Shown here: piece by piece, positions 38,045 to 46,947 of the stretch | Layout: each line of letters starts with the position of its first letter | How positions within the stretch are numbered: the first letter of the stretch is position 1 | From: Thermoproteus sp. | GTDB lineage: Archaea > Thermoproteota > Thermoprotei > Thermoproteales > Thermoproteaceae | DNA: 64,000 nucleotides | Direction: 5' to 3' | NCBI GenBank assembly: GCA_049976425.1 | Contig: JBMFIG010000001.1 | Location: forward strand, 1 to 64,000 | Translations under genes and position numbers: made by a program | Notes under the pieces: generated by a model | What the model saw: only the letters and a program-made list of their open reading frames with translations | Databases searched by the model: none | What the model was told of the DNA's origin: nothing

Positions 38045-38098
38045 CCGCGCGGAGCCATAGCTCTACATATATTTTAAACAGCGTAGTGGCATCGTTCC

Positions 38099-38668
38099 GT
38101 GTGTCTGCGCAGGGCAGTTGAGGACGCCGTAGCGGGGGCGCCTCTGGACGACGAGGAGAAGCGGTGTTTAGAGGAGGCCGGGCTTTATAGGGACGGCCTT
38201 CTTGCGCCTAGGCCTTACCTGATATTTAGGGCTCTGCAGAGCGGGGCGAGGCTGGATCTGGCAAAGTTGTCGCGTCTGCTCAGCTGGCAGGATTTCGAGG
38301 AAGTGTTGATGTACATATTCGAGGGATGGGGCTATTCAGTCCAGAGAGGCGTCAGACTGGACTGCGGCGGCCGCAGAGTCGAGTTCGACGTGATTGCATG
38401 GTCTCGCGAACGGGTCTTAGTCGTAGAGGCTAAACATTGGAAGTACGGCGGAGGTAGGTGGGCAACCGTGGCCAGAAGCCATCTGGAGAAGGTCGCTGGA
38501 TGTCTCGATAAGCTGAAATCGCTAGCGCCTAGAGTACTTCCTGTGGTAATTACGCTTACTTTTATCAGTGATATTGTTGAGGGAGTGCCCGTGCTTTCCA
38601 TAGCTCTTCTTGCCGACTTCCTGAGAAACATCGATAACTTGGGCGATCAGATCCTTGTATTGACGTAG
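38099..38668 (+). CDS. PD-(D/E)XK restriction-endonuclease-like protein
   Basis: WQDFEE...EFDVIA...VEAKHW. Confidence 0.75.
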   Translation: MCLRRAVEDAVAGAPLDDEEKRCLEEAGLYRDGLLAPRPYLIFRALQSGARLDLAKLSRLLSWQDFEEVLMYIFEGWGYSVQRGVRLDCGGRRVEFDVIAWSRERVLVVEAKHWKYGGGRWATVARSHLEKVAGCLDKLKSLAPRVLPVVITLTFISDIVEGVPVLSIALLADFLRNIDNLGDQILVLT

Positions 38669-38773
38669 GCAGTCCTCGCAGGCGTAGACGTATAGATCCA
38701 TGTGCAACTCTGCTTTCAACTTGACCACATAGAGCTTATCGAGATCTCTAAGGCAGAAGAAGCAACGGGTCAC
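38522..38773 (-). CDS. Small zinc-finger protein
   Basis: CFFC...CEDC; start overlaps the upstream stop. The tail overlaps the convergent nuclease gene. Confidence 0.55.
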   Translation of the reverse strand: MTRCFFCLRDLDKLYVVKLKAELHMDLYVYACEDCLRQYKDLIAQVIDVSQEVGKKSYGKHGHSLNNITDKSKRNYHRKYSRR

Positions 38774-39246
38774 ACCTTCTCCGTCTTCTCGACAGCGACT
38801 TCCGGCATAGCCAAAATCTTTGTACCTCGACGCGGCAACATGTAGTGCTCGGCGAGTTCTAGAGCAACGGCGACTAGGAATATAACAGGGCCGACCGAAG
38901 AGAAGGCGTTAGATACGGCGATGACCGTTAGGCCGTTCTGCTCGGAGAATATCAAAGGCAGTGGCGACGCGAAGACTATCGACAAGACGGCAACCGAAAT
39001 GGCGCTACCCCTCGGCCTAACGCCTTTCCTAACCTCGTAATAGCCCACGGCCGCGATTGCAACCGCCGATAAGATCCAGTTAACTAGATACGGGATCGAG
39101 AATAGATAGTACCTGCCATAGCCGACGGAAATATACGATCTGTCGACCTGAAAGCTCGGAGCAGGTCCAACGGCATATATGACTAACCCTATATGTGGTA
39201 TCGCCAGAAGGGCCAGCAACACTATGCCTATCCACAACAGCCTCAC
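38770..39246 (-). CDS. Hypothetical membrane protein
   Basis: About four hydrophobic segments. Confidence 0.7.
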   Translation of the reverse strand: MRLLWIGIVLLALLAIPHIGLVIYAVGPAPSFQVDRSYISVGYGRYYLFSIPYLVNWILSAVAIAAVGYYEVRKGVRPRGSAISVAVLSIVFASPLPLIFSEQNGLTVIAVSNAFSSVGPVIFLVAVALELAEHYMLPRRGTKILAMPEVAVEKTEKV

Positions 39247-39386
39247 CGATATTTAGTATTGAGGGGTTTTTAAGCTAGAGAACGTCGTTCTCGTGGAAAA
39301 CATCGCAATAGATTAGGAGATTTCGTCGCCCGTAACTCAGCACCTTCTTGACCGAATAGTTTAAATTATCCCCTGAGGCTCTTGAC

Positions 39387-39857
39387 GTGCTTTTACAAAT
39401 ATGGTTGCCGGCGGTTATAGCCGCCTTGATTGCGGCGCTCATAGCCATCATATTCATGCTTAATAGGAGATCGCCGCCGCAACAACAGCAACCTCTGAGG
39501 ACGTATACCCCTGGCGAACAGGAGATCTTGAACCAATTGGCCTACATCAGAGATAGGCTGGAGAAGTTTATCCCGCCCTATGGCCGAGTTGGCTACATAC
39601 CATCAAATGCGGCTGAGCTAGCGCAACTCCTAGGATTTCATTATGTCAAGATAGACCAAGAGGAATACGGAAACCTGCCTGAAATCGATAATATTAAACA
39701 ATACCTGGATCTAGATATAGATGAGGCGCAATTGAAAATAAAAGATAAGTATATTTATATAATAAAGAGGGACAATAAAAGACTAGTAGCGATAGGCGAT
39801 ACCTATCTGGACTATCTCACGATAAAGTTCCTGGAGGACTTTTTAAGCTACCTCTAG
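39387..39857 (+). CDS. Hypothetical protein with N-terminal TM anchor
   Basis: Hydrophobic N-terminus, PPQQQQP linker, soluble domain. Confidence 0.7.
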   Translation: MLLQIWLPAVIAALIAALIAIIFMLNRRSPPQQQQPLRTYTPGEQEILNQLAYIRDRLEKFIPPYGRVGYIPSNAAELAQLLGFHYVKIDQEEYGNLPEIDNIKQYLDLDIDEAQLKIKDKYIYIIKRDNKRLVAIGDTYLDYLTIKFLEDFLSYL

Positions 39858-39868
39858 GATATGCGGAG

Positions 39869-39916
39869 GTGATGAGCTAAGGGTCTGGCGAGCGGTGAGG
39901 AGGCTCAAGCAACTGA
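39869..39916 (+). ncRNA. C/D box sRNA
   Basis: C GTGATGA (39869), D' GCGA (39888), C' GTGAGGA (39895), D CTGA (39913); 11-12-nt guides. Confidence 0.8.
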
Positions 39917-40129
39917 TTTCAACTCCTCATCGATTCCGTGCTTCCTCCTTCTCCTTAGAAAAGAAGCAATAGTATGTAGGTTAGACAAAATGAGTAGGAC
40001 AAGGCCGAATAAGGCTAACGAATCCTCTCCGCTTATTAGACCTAGCACTATCAGGGCAGAGCCGTAGGCCATCATTATATAGACGAACACTTCAAGAAGA
40101 TTCGCCAAGCATATATCCGCTTCAGACAC
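39905..40129 (-). CDS. Small two-TM protein
   Basis: Two hydrophobic helices plus a basic tail. Confidence 0.55.
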   Translation of the reverse strand: MSEADICLANLLEVFVYIMMAYGSALIVLGLISGEDSLALFGLVLLILSNLHTIASFLRRRRKHGIDEELKSVA

Positions 40130-40170
40130 GATATCGGGAGAAACGAGGATGGGTATTCAAAAATAGGTTA

Positions 40171-41493
40171 TTAACTGCCGCAGTTCCCCACGGGCTCCAC
40201 TACCAAGGGCGCTTCGGCCTCGACGACTCTTACCCTACATCCCTTTCTGATGTTAACTCTGGAGATCGCCTTCCAGTACTCGCCCAGCACCAGTACGTAA
40301 CCCGGCCTATCCGGGCCTATATCGTCTACGGCGATGCCCTCGAGCCCTCTCAGCGTGAGGAGTTGCTCCGATACCGGCCGCCGTAAGTGTACGGCCACAG
40401 CCTTCCACGCTATGAAGGCCACCACGCCAGCTAGGATTGCCGACAGCGCCATTGCGGAGCCCACGAGAGGCCAATAATCGGCTACCACCACGGGCTGTCT
40501 CTGTAGCTGGAAGGGCGGGAAGAGGCTCAGGAAGCTCAATATGACCAAGACAGCGCCTGTCCCCTCGAGAATTCCGTGGGTGTAGCCTCCTGAGAACATG
40601 CCGGCGAATAGCAGAGCGACCCCCATCGCGAACAGGATTGCCCAGATCCAGCCGGTGGACACGTAGGGTATTACAGATAGCAGGAACAACACTACGCCAA
40701 GTCCGGCGACTAGGGGATGGCCCGACGCGATCGCCGCGATGACTATGAGTAGCGCCAGTAGAGACAGGATACTCTCCACGAGGGGATCCATCAACCACGC
40801 CTGGAGCATCTCGCCGAAGGTGGGCTCTATCCTTATCAACGCCGGGCTCTGCACCATTACAACGACTTTACGTCCGTTGAGGAGTATAGACGTCCCGTTT
40901 ATCTCGTCTAGAAGTTGCCCTATGTTGTTAGCCACGAAGTTTATGACGTGATAGCGTAGTGCCTCCTCCGCGTTCAGGTTGAGGTTGCGCTCGACGCAGA
41001 GATAGGCGTAGGTGGAATTTCTGCCGTACGACTCCATGATGGTCGCCAAGTAGCTGGCCAACGCGTTGAGTATCTTGGATTCGTTTATGGGCGTCGTGCC
41101 CTGTATAGGCTGGCAAGATCCTATAACCGTATGCGGGGCCATGGTAGCTATATGCGTGGACAAGAGCAGATAGGTTCCTCCAGACCAAGCATAGCCGTAG
41201 TCGGGATAGACGAAGCCTATGACCGGCGCCGACGAGGAGCCTATCATTTGCATGGCTTGGAGCGTAGAGTCCGCCAGCCCGCCCGGCGTGTTCAGCAACA
41301 CCAACACGGCGCCGGAGCTCTGCTCGGCAGCGTTTATGGCCCTCGACAGTTGCGACACAGTATAGGGCCCTATCGTGTTGTCCACAGAAACCACGTACAC
41401 TGCTCTGACGTAGTATACCTGTTGCGCCCAGACTAGCTGGGACGCCAGAAAAATGAGAATTAGCGTCAGCGGTACAACCCCCCTCCCCATCAA
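40171..41493 (-). CDS. nfeD: NfeD (STOPP) ClpP-class membrane protease
   Basis: LNTPGG and AWSGG catalytic region, TM domain, C-terminal OB fold (GEYWKA). Confidence 0.9.
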   Translation of the reverse strand: MMGRGVVPLTLILIFLASQLVWAQQVYYVRAVYVVSVDNTIGPYTVSQLSRAINAAEQSSGAVLVLLNTPGGLADSTLQAMQMIGSSSAPVIGFVYPDYGYAWSGGTYLLLSTHIATMAPHTVIGSCQPIQGTTPINESKILNALASYLATIMESYGRNSTYAYLCVERNLNLNAEEALRYHVINFVANNIGQLLDEINGTSILLNGRKVVVMVQSPALIRIEPTFGEMLQAWLMDPLVESILSLLALLIVIAAIASGHPLVAGLGVVLFLLSVIPYVSTGWIWAILFAMGVALLFAGMFSGGYTHGILEGTGAVLVILSFLSLFPPFQLQRQPVVVADYWPLVGSAMALSAILAGVVAFIAWKAVAVHLRRPVSEQLLTLRGLEGIAVDDIGPDRPGYVLVLGEYWKAISRVNIRKGCRVRVVEAEAPLVVEPVGNCGS

Positions 41494-42314
41494 CTCTGCT
41501 GGCTTTGTTGAGGAGTTCCGCCTCCTTGTTGTGCGGCCTTCGAGAGAGCTAGGGGCAACGCGACGAACTCAAGAGATGAGGGCGTAACTATTATCAAGTT
41601 GTGTTCCCTAGCCATCTCGAGAAGGGCGTCGATCTGCCTCAGCTGGACGGCTACAGGATTCTTAGCATAAGTCTCGGCGGCCTCTAGGTATATCTTGCTG
41701 GCCTCGTACTCGGCAGAGGCTATCGTTATCTTGGCCCTACGTAATCTCTCGGCCTCGGCTTGGGACGCCATGGCCCTCACCAGAGTTTCGGGTAGCCTTA
41801 TATCGCGTATAGCCACGCCGGTCACCTTGACGCCCCACGGCGTGACGTGCTCGTCTACTATTTCGGCTATCTTCTTGGCTATCTCCTCCCTGTGGGATAA
41901 GAGCGTGTCGAGGTCCACCATGCCGACGACATCCCTCAGAGTGGCTGCGGCAAAGGTGGCCACGGCCGGGACGTGGTTCTTAACCGTCACCGCTACCTTA
42001 AGCGGGTCCACAACCCTCTGATACACGGCGGCGTCTATCGTGACCTCTACGTTGTCCTTAGTCAAGGCCTTTTGTTGAGGCACGTCGACGACCTCTATAC
42101 GTAAATCGTAGCGCACAATTGTATCTATTATAGGCACTATGAAGACGAGGCCCGGCCCCAACAAACCCGTGATCCTCCCCAGCCTGAACCTCACTGCCCT
42201 CTGGTATTCGGGGATTACCTTTATGGCCGACCCAATCAAGGAGAGGACTATTATGAGCACTATAAAGATGACAACGGCCGTGAGCACCAACCCGATCTGT
42301 AGCAACATGTACAA
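41490..42314 (-). CDS. Stomatin/SPFH-domain protein
   Basis: EYQRAVRFRLGR, GPGL, LTKDNV, AEAERLRRAK. Confidence 0.93.
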   Translation of the reverse strand: MYMLLQIGLVLTAVVIFIVLIIVLSLIGSAIKVIPEYQRAVRFRLGRITGLLGPGLVFIVPIIDTIVRYDLRIEVVDVPQQKALTKDNVEVTIDAAVYQRVVDPLKVAVTVKNHVPAVATFAAATLRDVVGMVDLDTLLSHREEIAKKIAEIVDEHVTPWGVKVTGVAIRDIRLPETLVRAMASQAEAERLRRAKITIASAEYEASKIYLEAAETYAKNPVAVQLRQIDALLEMAREHNLIIVTPSSLEFVALPLALSKAAQQGGGTPQQSQQS

Positions 42315-42337
42315 ATACTATCCCCTTAATTAAGTTG

Positions 42338-42390
42338 GTGAGGATTGCGTGGGGACGGTCTGAAGATCTGATGATAAGTCCGCGCACCGA
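42338..42390 (+). ncRNA. C/D box sRNA
   Basis: C GTGAGGA (42338), D' CTGA (42360), C' TGATGA (42369), D CCGA (42387). Confidence 0.75.
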
Positions 42391-42441
42391 TCAGAGGCGA
42401 GAAAATCTCCTCACGTTATCGGCCAGTCCTGAGCTCATCAC
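42391..42441 (-). ncRNA. C/D box sRNA
   Basis: Reverse strand: GTGATGA-GCTCAGGACTGG-CCGA-TAACG-TGAGGA-GATTTTCTCGCCT-CTGA. Confidence 0.8.
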
Positions 42442-42485
42442 CGGAGTAGAGGAAGGAAATAGATAAAAACAACGAAGGCGGTAGG

Positions 42486-42809
42486 TTGCCGATGTTGAAG
42501 CTCGACGAGATTTTAAAAAACCTTGAAGAAATAGATAGAGCAATAAAGGAAACTGAACAAATTAAACAAAAAGTTCAGAACAATACAAACAAAATTATAG
42601 ATAAGTATTCTAGCCAACTAAACGCCGTAGTCGACTCGATAGTGAGAAAGACGGTGCAAGATTATAGAGAGAAAGCACTGAAGGAGGCTAGGGAGGAGGC
42701 CGCCCGCATTCTGCAGGAAGCTGAACAGAGGAGGAACGCATTGCTTGAGTCGTTTAACAAGAAGAGGCAAGAGGTGCTTGATGCCGTGTTGAAACAACTA
42801 GGTTTATGA
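42486..42809 (+). CDS. A-type ATP synthase peripheral stalk subunit H/G-like
   Basis: 107-aa charged coiled coil (EAREEAARILQEAE) overlapping subunit C. Confidence 0.65.
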   Translation: MPMLKLDEILKNLEEIDRAIKETEQIKQKVQNNTNKIIDKYSSQLNAVVDSIVRKTVQDYREKALKEAREEAARILQEAEQRRNALLESFNKKRQEVLDAVLKQLGL

Positions 42810-43855
42810 GCTCTATACTGAGGAGGCCCAGCCTAGGCCCCAGAGTCAGAGGTCTTCGAGTTAAATCGCTCCCGAGAGATAAGGCAGTAGCGCTCGCCTA
42901 TGCCAGCTCTCCGGATGAATATCTAAATGTCTTAAGAACTACTCAATATCAAGTTTCTATAGATAAATTGACAAAAGATACATTGAATGACTTAAGAGAA
43001 CAAATTATTAAAACATATATGAACAACGTAAAGGAGCTGTATCTCGGTGCGCCCGAAGACGGCAGAGAGGTAATAAGGCTCCACCTCAGACGTTTCGAGT
43101 ACGAGAATATCGAGTATATAATCACTGCGATAAGATCAGGCAAGAACCCCGAGGACTTTGTAATAACGGAGCCTCTCGATTTTACCGGTCGGCGTTATGT
43201 CGTGACCTCGCTTCTGGGGGCAAGGAGCGTCGAGGAGGTAGGAGAGAGGCTTAAGGCTCTGGGACATCCAGCGGCCGAAGCGTTTGAGCTAATGCAGAAA
43301 TTCGGCTACGATAAATTTACTATATTTATAGATAGACAATGGATATTAGATTACACAAAATCCTTGAGTGAATTAAAAGATAAATCTATTGATAGATTAG
43401 TAAATACATTGACTACATATTTCGATGTAGTGTTGGCTGTTAGGGCTAAGATATGGGGTCTCTCTCCCGAGGAGATTGCGTCTCTCACCACTGGCATGCC
43501 CTCTGGGGTCGTCAAGGAGATTTTCGACGCCACTGCGCGCGGCGAGGTCGCCAGGACCTTGGACTTGATATCTGGGATCAAGCCGTGGGGTCAAGTGATC
43601 GCCTCCATGGCCTCCGAGGAGCCCACGTTCGAAAACCTCTCGGTGGTCCTCGACAACGCCTATCCGGCGATAATGAGGAAGCTCGCCGACGCCTGTATCG
43701 TAGAGTGTTCGGAGTTCTCCTTGGGCTCGTTGCTGGCGTCGTTGGAGTACATGAGGGCGGAGGCCATGCTCATAGTCAAGGCAGCTGCCATGTTGGTAGA
43801 AGGCGTCTCTGTAGAAAAAAGACGCAGTTACTTCGCCCCCCTGACGCTTATTTAG
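42806..43855 (+). CDS. atpC: A/V-type ATP synthase subunit C
   Basis: PRVRG, LRTTQY, RFEYENI; 349 aa, all-helical. Confidence 0.8.
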   Translation: MSSILRRPSLGPRVRGLRVKSLPRDKAVALAYASSPDEYLNVLRTTQYQVSIDKLTKDTLNDLREQIIKTYMNNVKELYLGAPEDGREVIRLHLRRFEYENIEYIITAIRSGKNPEDFVITEPLDFTGRRYVVTSLLGARSVEEVGERLKALGHPAAEAFELMQKFGYDKFTIFIDRQWILDYTKSLSELKDKSIDRLVNTLTTYFDVVLAVRAKIWGLSPEEIASLTTGMPSGVVKEIFDATARGEVARTLDLISGIKPWGQVIASMASEEPTFENLSVVLDNAYPAIMRKLADACIVECSEFSLGSLLASLEYMRAEAMLIVKAAAMLVEGVSVEKRRSYFAPLTLI

Positions 43856-44120
43856 CAGCAAGTATAAAGCCTATCAGCAATCCGTATATAGCTATCGCCT
43901 CTGCCAGCGCCAAGAATATTAGGTACCACACGCGCTCCTGCGGCCTCTCGACGAGGGCCGACATAGCCGCCGCGCCGGCTATGCCCACGCCTATGCCAGC
44001 TCCCAGACCTGCGAGGCCCACGGCTAGGCCGGCTCCTATATATTGGCTGCCCGACTGGGTCGTCTGCGCAAACGCCGCCGCGCTCAGCAACAGGAGAGGC
44101 AATAGGTATCTAGCCGCCAT
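43848..44120 (-). CDS. atpK: A-type ATP synthase proteolipid subunit K/c
   Basis: GAGLAVGLAGLGAGIGVG glycine zipper; ALAEAIAIYG ion-binding Glu. Confidence 0.93.
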   Translation of the reverse strand: MAARYLLPLLLLSAAAFAQTTQSGSQYIGAGLAVGLAGLGAGIGVGIAGAAAMSALVERPQERVWYLIFLALAEAIAIYGLLIGFILAAK

Positions 44121-44133
44121 GGCCCACGGTGTT

Positions 44134-44286
44134 TTACTGTGCTTTTAAATATTGCCTTAGCCTCTCTATTTGGACATCGATCTCCCTGATAGATTCATCG
44201 AGCTCCTTCTTGGCCTCGCCGAGAATTTTTTCGAGTTCTTTATCTATAAGCTCCCTTATCTGGGCCTCAAGCCCCTTCATAGACAT
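44134..44286 (-). CDS. 50-aa coiled-coil ORF between atpD and atpK (not in ORF track)
   Basis: MSMKGLEAQIRELIDKELEKILGEAKKELDESIREIDVQIERLRQYLKAQ*. Confidence 0.65.
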   Translation of the reverse strand: MSMKGLEAQIRELIDKELEKILGEAKKELDESIREIDVQIERLRQYLKAQ

Positions 44287-44325
44287 CGAAGTCCTCTTGC
44301 GGGCTGTTTTAATCGTTTACGGCCG

Positions 44326-44931
44326 CTAGCTCTGGGCCGCCGCCGTGATGATCTTCCGCCTTATGAAGTCTTCCCTCTCCTGTTCCTCCAGCGCTAGAGT
44401 TATGTACTTGATGGTTTCCTGGATCCTTGGAACTATCACGTAATCTATCGCGTTGATCATGCGCTGGTACTCCCTGACTCTATTCAGAAGCGTGTAGAAC
44501 AAGGTCTCCTTCTCGGCGAACGAGATCAGTTTAGGCAATAGATCGCGCATCTTTACTAGTGCTAGGTCCAGCTCAGGCGCCTCCGCTATCAGGCTATAGA
44601 TAGGGTACTTGCCGTAGTTCTCCACCTCCAAGCCCATATAGAGGCCTCTATTGACTAGAGCGACGGCGGCCGTCTTAGGCGTCATCTCGGCCAACATATC
44701 CAGCCTATCGATGCCCTCCTTGGCGGCCGCCATCTTGAAGAGGTCCGATATCTCCGAAAACCGCGCCGCTATCTCGGCCCTATCTCTTTCGAGCTCAGCT
44801 ATAAGCGCTCTTATTCTCTGTATAGTGCTGTTCCTCGCGTCCTCCAAGGTCTTCTTTATCCTCATAAAGAGCTGGAGCCTCCTCCGTTGGTTGATCAACT
44901 CCAGCCGCGAAGGGCTCACGCGCGAGGACAC
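44326..44931 (-). CDS. atpD: A-type ATP synthase subunit D
   Basis: PSRLEL, RMINAIDYVIVP, LEEQEREDFIR. Confidence 0.88.
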   Translation of the reverse strand: MSSRVSPSRLELINQRRRLQLFMRIKKTLEDARNSTIQRIRALIAELERDRAEIAARFSEISDLFKMAAAKEGIDRLDMLAEMTPKTAAVALVNRGLYMGLEVENYGKYPIYSLIAEAPELDLALVKMRDLLPKLISFAEKETLFYTLLNRVREYQRMINAIDYVIVPRIQETIKYITLALEEQEREDFIRRKIITAAAQS

Positions 44932-44976
44932 GGCCTCTAGGCGGCGCCTCTTTAAAATTATTGCGCTACCAACTAC

Positions 44977-45321
44977 ATGGAGGCCAAGACCAGAGCAGGT
45001 TCCAAGGTCGATAGAGTGGCCGGCGTGAGATCTGCCGACATAGCCAACGCCGTGAGGTATATAGTGGCTGGCGACAACGGCGATTACTATCTCGTAGCGC
45101 TGTCCGGCGATAGGCCGCTTTATACGTATTCCATAAGGTATGAGCTGGCCGGATACTCAATTCTAGGGAAGGTCGAGCTCAAATGCGCCAAATGCGGCGG
45201 ATCTCTAACCAAGTTCTATGTCTATAGGGATCTATACGGCGAATGCGAGAGAGGGCATTTAAACCACGTGGGGGTGATTGTCGCGTGGCTGAGGCCTGGA
45301 GAAGAGTCAGAAGAGTTGTAG
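44977..45321 (+). CDS. Hypothetical zinc-ribbon protein
   Basis: CAKC...CERGH. Confidence 0.6.
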   Translation: MEAKTRAGSKVDRVAGVRSADIANAVRYIVAGDNGDYYLVALSGDRPLYTYSIRYELAGYSILGKVELKCAKCGGSLTKFYVYRDLYGECERGHLNHVGVIVAWLRPGEESEEL

Positions 45322-46073
45322 AGGACAGCGATTTAGTCCTCGAGGTGCTGGACGCCCGGGATCCTCTCGCTACGCGCAACTTAGACGTGGAGAGGCTTGC
45401 CGGATCTCTAGGCAAACGGGTCATAGTTGCTATAAATAAGGCGGACCTAATTCCGTTGGAGGTAGGGCTTAGATGGAAGCGTTGGTTCGAGTCACAAGGG
45501 CTTCCGTCGGTGTTCTTCAGCGCCAAGGAGAGGCTCGGCACGAGGAAGCTTATGGCCTACATAAAGAGGCTGGCGCCTGCGGTCCCGGTCAAGGTTGCCG
45601 TAGTTGGGTATCCAAACGTGGGTAAGTCCACGATAATAAACTACCTCAAGGGCAGACACGTCGCATCTACGAGCCCGAAGCCCGGCTGGACCAGAGGCGA
45701 ACAGCTGGTGAGGGCTAAGAGCTGGCTATTGGTCATAGACACCCCCGGCGTCCTCACGGCCGAAGGCGCCGAGGATCCGGCGGTTGCCGTGGTCCGCGGC
45801 GCGGTGGATCCAGGCAGAGTCGACGACGCGGTGCCCTACGCCGTCGCGTTGATAAATAGGGTGCTCAAGCTCAACCCCAAGGCCCTCGGGATATACGGAT
45901 ACGCGGGCACGTCGGCTGAGGAGGCGCTCGAATATGTCGGCAGGCGTTATGGGCGTCTGCTGAAGGGCGGCCGCGTAAACATCGACGAGGCGGCCAGGAG
46001 GGTCTTAGTCGATTGGATAGAGGGAAGGCTCACCTATTGGTACGAGCCCGACAGTCCGCAAGCTCCTGCTTGA
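45243..46073 (+). CDS. Circularly permuted GTPase (RbgA/YlqF family)
   Basis: DARDP, NKAD, GYPNVGKS, DTPG. Confidence 0.92.
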   Translation: MRERAFKPRGGDCRVAEAWRRVRRVVEDSDLVLEVLDARDPLATRNLDVERLAGSLGKRVIVAINKADLIPLEVGLRWKRWFESQGLPSVFFSAKERLGTRKLMAYIKRLAPAVPVKVAVVGYPNVGKSTIINYLKGRHVASTSPKPGWTRGEQLVRAKSWLLVIDTPGVLTAEGAEDPAVAVVRGAVDPGRVDDAVPYAVALINRVLKLNPKALGIYGYAGTSAEEALEYVGRRYGRLLKGGRVNIDEAARRVLVDWIEGRLTYWYEPDSPQAPA

Positions 46074-46689
46074 GATCGCGCTCGTATATCTCGCCCCGCG
46101 GCGCTTTCTCCTTGAACAACTGTGCCTCGAAGACGTAGACCTTGGTCCTCTCGTCAAGCCAACAATCGGCATGTAGCCAGGCCTTGAGGCATCCGTTCGA
46201 GAGGAACTCCTCGGAGTCCCAACATTCCTCCACAGGCACTTGGGGCAGAAGGAGGCCGGAGTAGAACCCTCTCTTTATCACTATCCCGTGCCTCCCCACC
46301 TCGACCAATTTTAAATACTCCTTGGGGTTGGGAGGCAACTGCCTCAACGGGCTCAACACAGACACCTCGAACACCACGTCGTCGAGCTCGTCGCTCGTCA
46401 TGGCGGGGAAGCGCGGATCTTGGCAACACGCAGCTATGGCGCTGTATATAGTCGCGTACGCTACGTTCCTATAGCCCTCCGGATAGCCGATACAGCCCCT
46501 CAACTCCAACTTTCCGCCCGCGAGCTTCTCCACGGTCGTGAAGACGCCGTAGGGATCCTTCAACAGCCTCTCCGGCGTATCTGCCGGAGGCTCTATTATC
46601 ACGCCGCGCGTCAAGTATTCCTCGACGGCTCTTCTGGCCAGCCTGACTAGGAAGGCTCCTTCCTCGAGGGAATAGGGACGGAAAGACAT
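46030..46689 (-). CDS. AMMECR1-domain protein
   Basis: LRGCIG, DPRF, EVSVLS, GLLLPQV; start MSFRPY at 46689. Confidence 0.9.
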   Translation of the reverse strand: MSFRPYSLEEGAFLVRLARRAVEEYLTRGVIIEPPADTPERLLKDPYGVFTTVEKLAGGKLELRGCIGYPEGYRNVAYATIYSAIAACCQDPRFPAMTSDELDDVVFEVSVLSPLRQLPPNPKEYLKLVEVGRHGIVIKRGFYSGLLLPQVPVEECWDSEEFLSNGCLKAWLHADCWLDERTKVYVFEAQLFKEKAPRGEIYERDLKQELADCRARTNR

Positions 46690-46719
46690 GTCCTTAAAAA
46701 CGGCCCCAAAAATATATTC

Positions 46720-46947
46720 ATGCCGCGGTGCTCCGTCTGCGGACGCGACGTCAATGTGGCCAAGATAGCTTACATCCGCGGCAACATATTCGTGTGCGAC
46801 GATTGTTTTCCCCAGTATTATGTCAAGGAGATCTGTAGGGTCGTCCAGAGAAGGCTTAAAGGCGAGAACCCCGTCGCGTGTATATACTGCAAATACAGGA
46901 AGATATGCGACGAACACGTCTCGAAGACGCTGAAGTCATTGGCCTAA
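46720..46947 (+). CDS. Small Cys-rich zinc-binding protein
   Basis: CSVC, CDDC, CIYC...C in 75 aa. Confidence 0.7.
   Translation: MPRCSVCGRDVNVAKIAYIRGNIFVCDDCFPQYYVKEICRVVQRRLKGENPVACIYCKYRKICDEHVSKTLKSLA

Noticed and set aside
39275-39350. C/D-like boxes and the GAGAAC-GTC-GTTCTC palindrome
   Set aside because: Box spacing is inconsistent, and a 6-bp inverted repeat is too short to be significant alone.
46690-46917. N-terminal extensions in the ORF track (AMMECR1; also SBDS, Rrp4, GlcD)
   Set aside because: They overlap neighbouring genes; downstream ATGs fit the family N-termini and TATA spacing.
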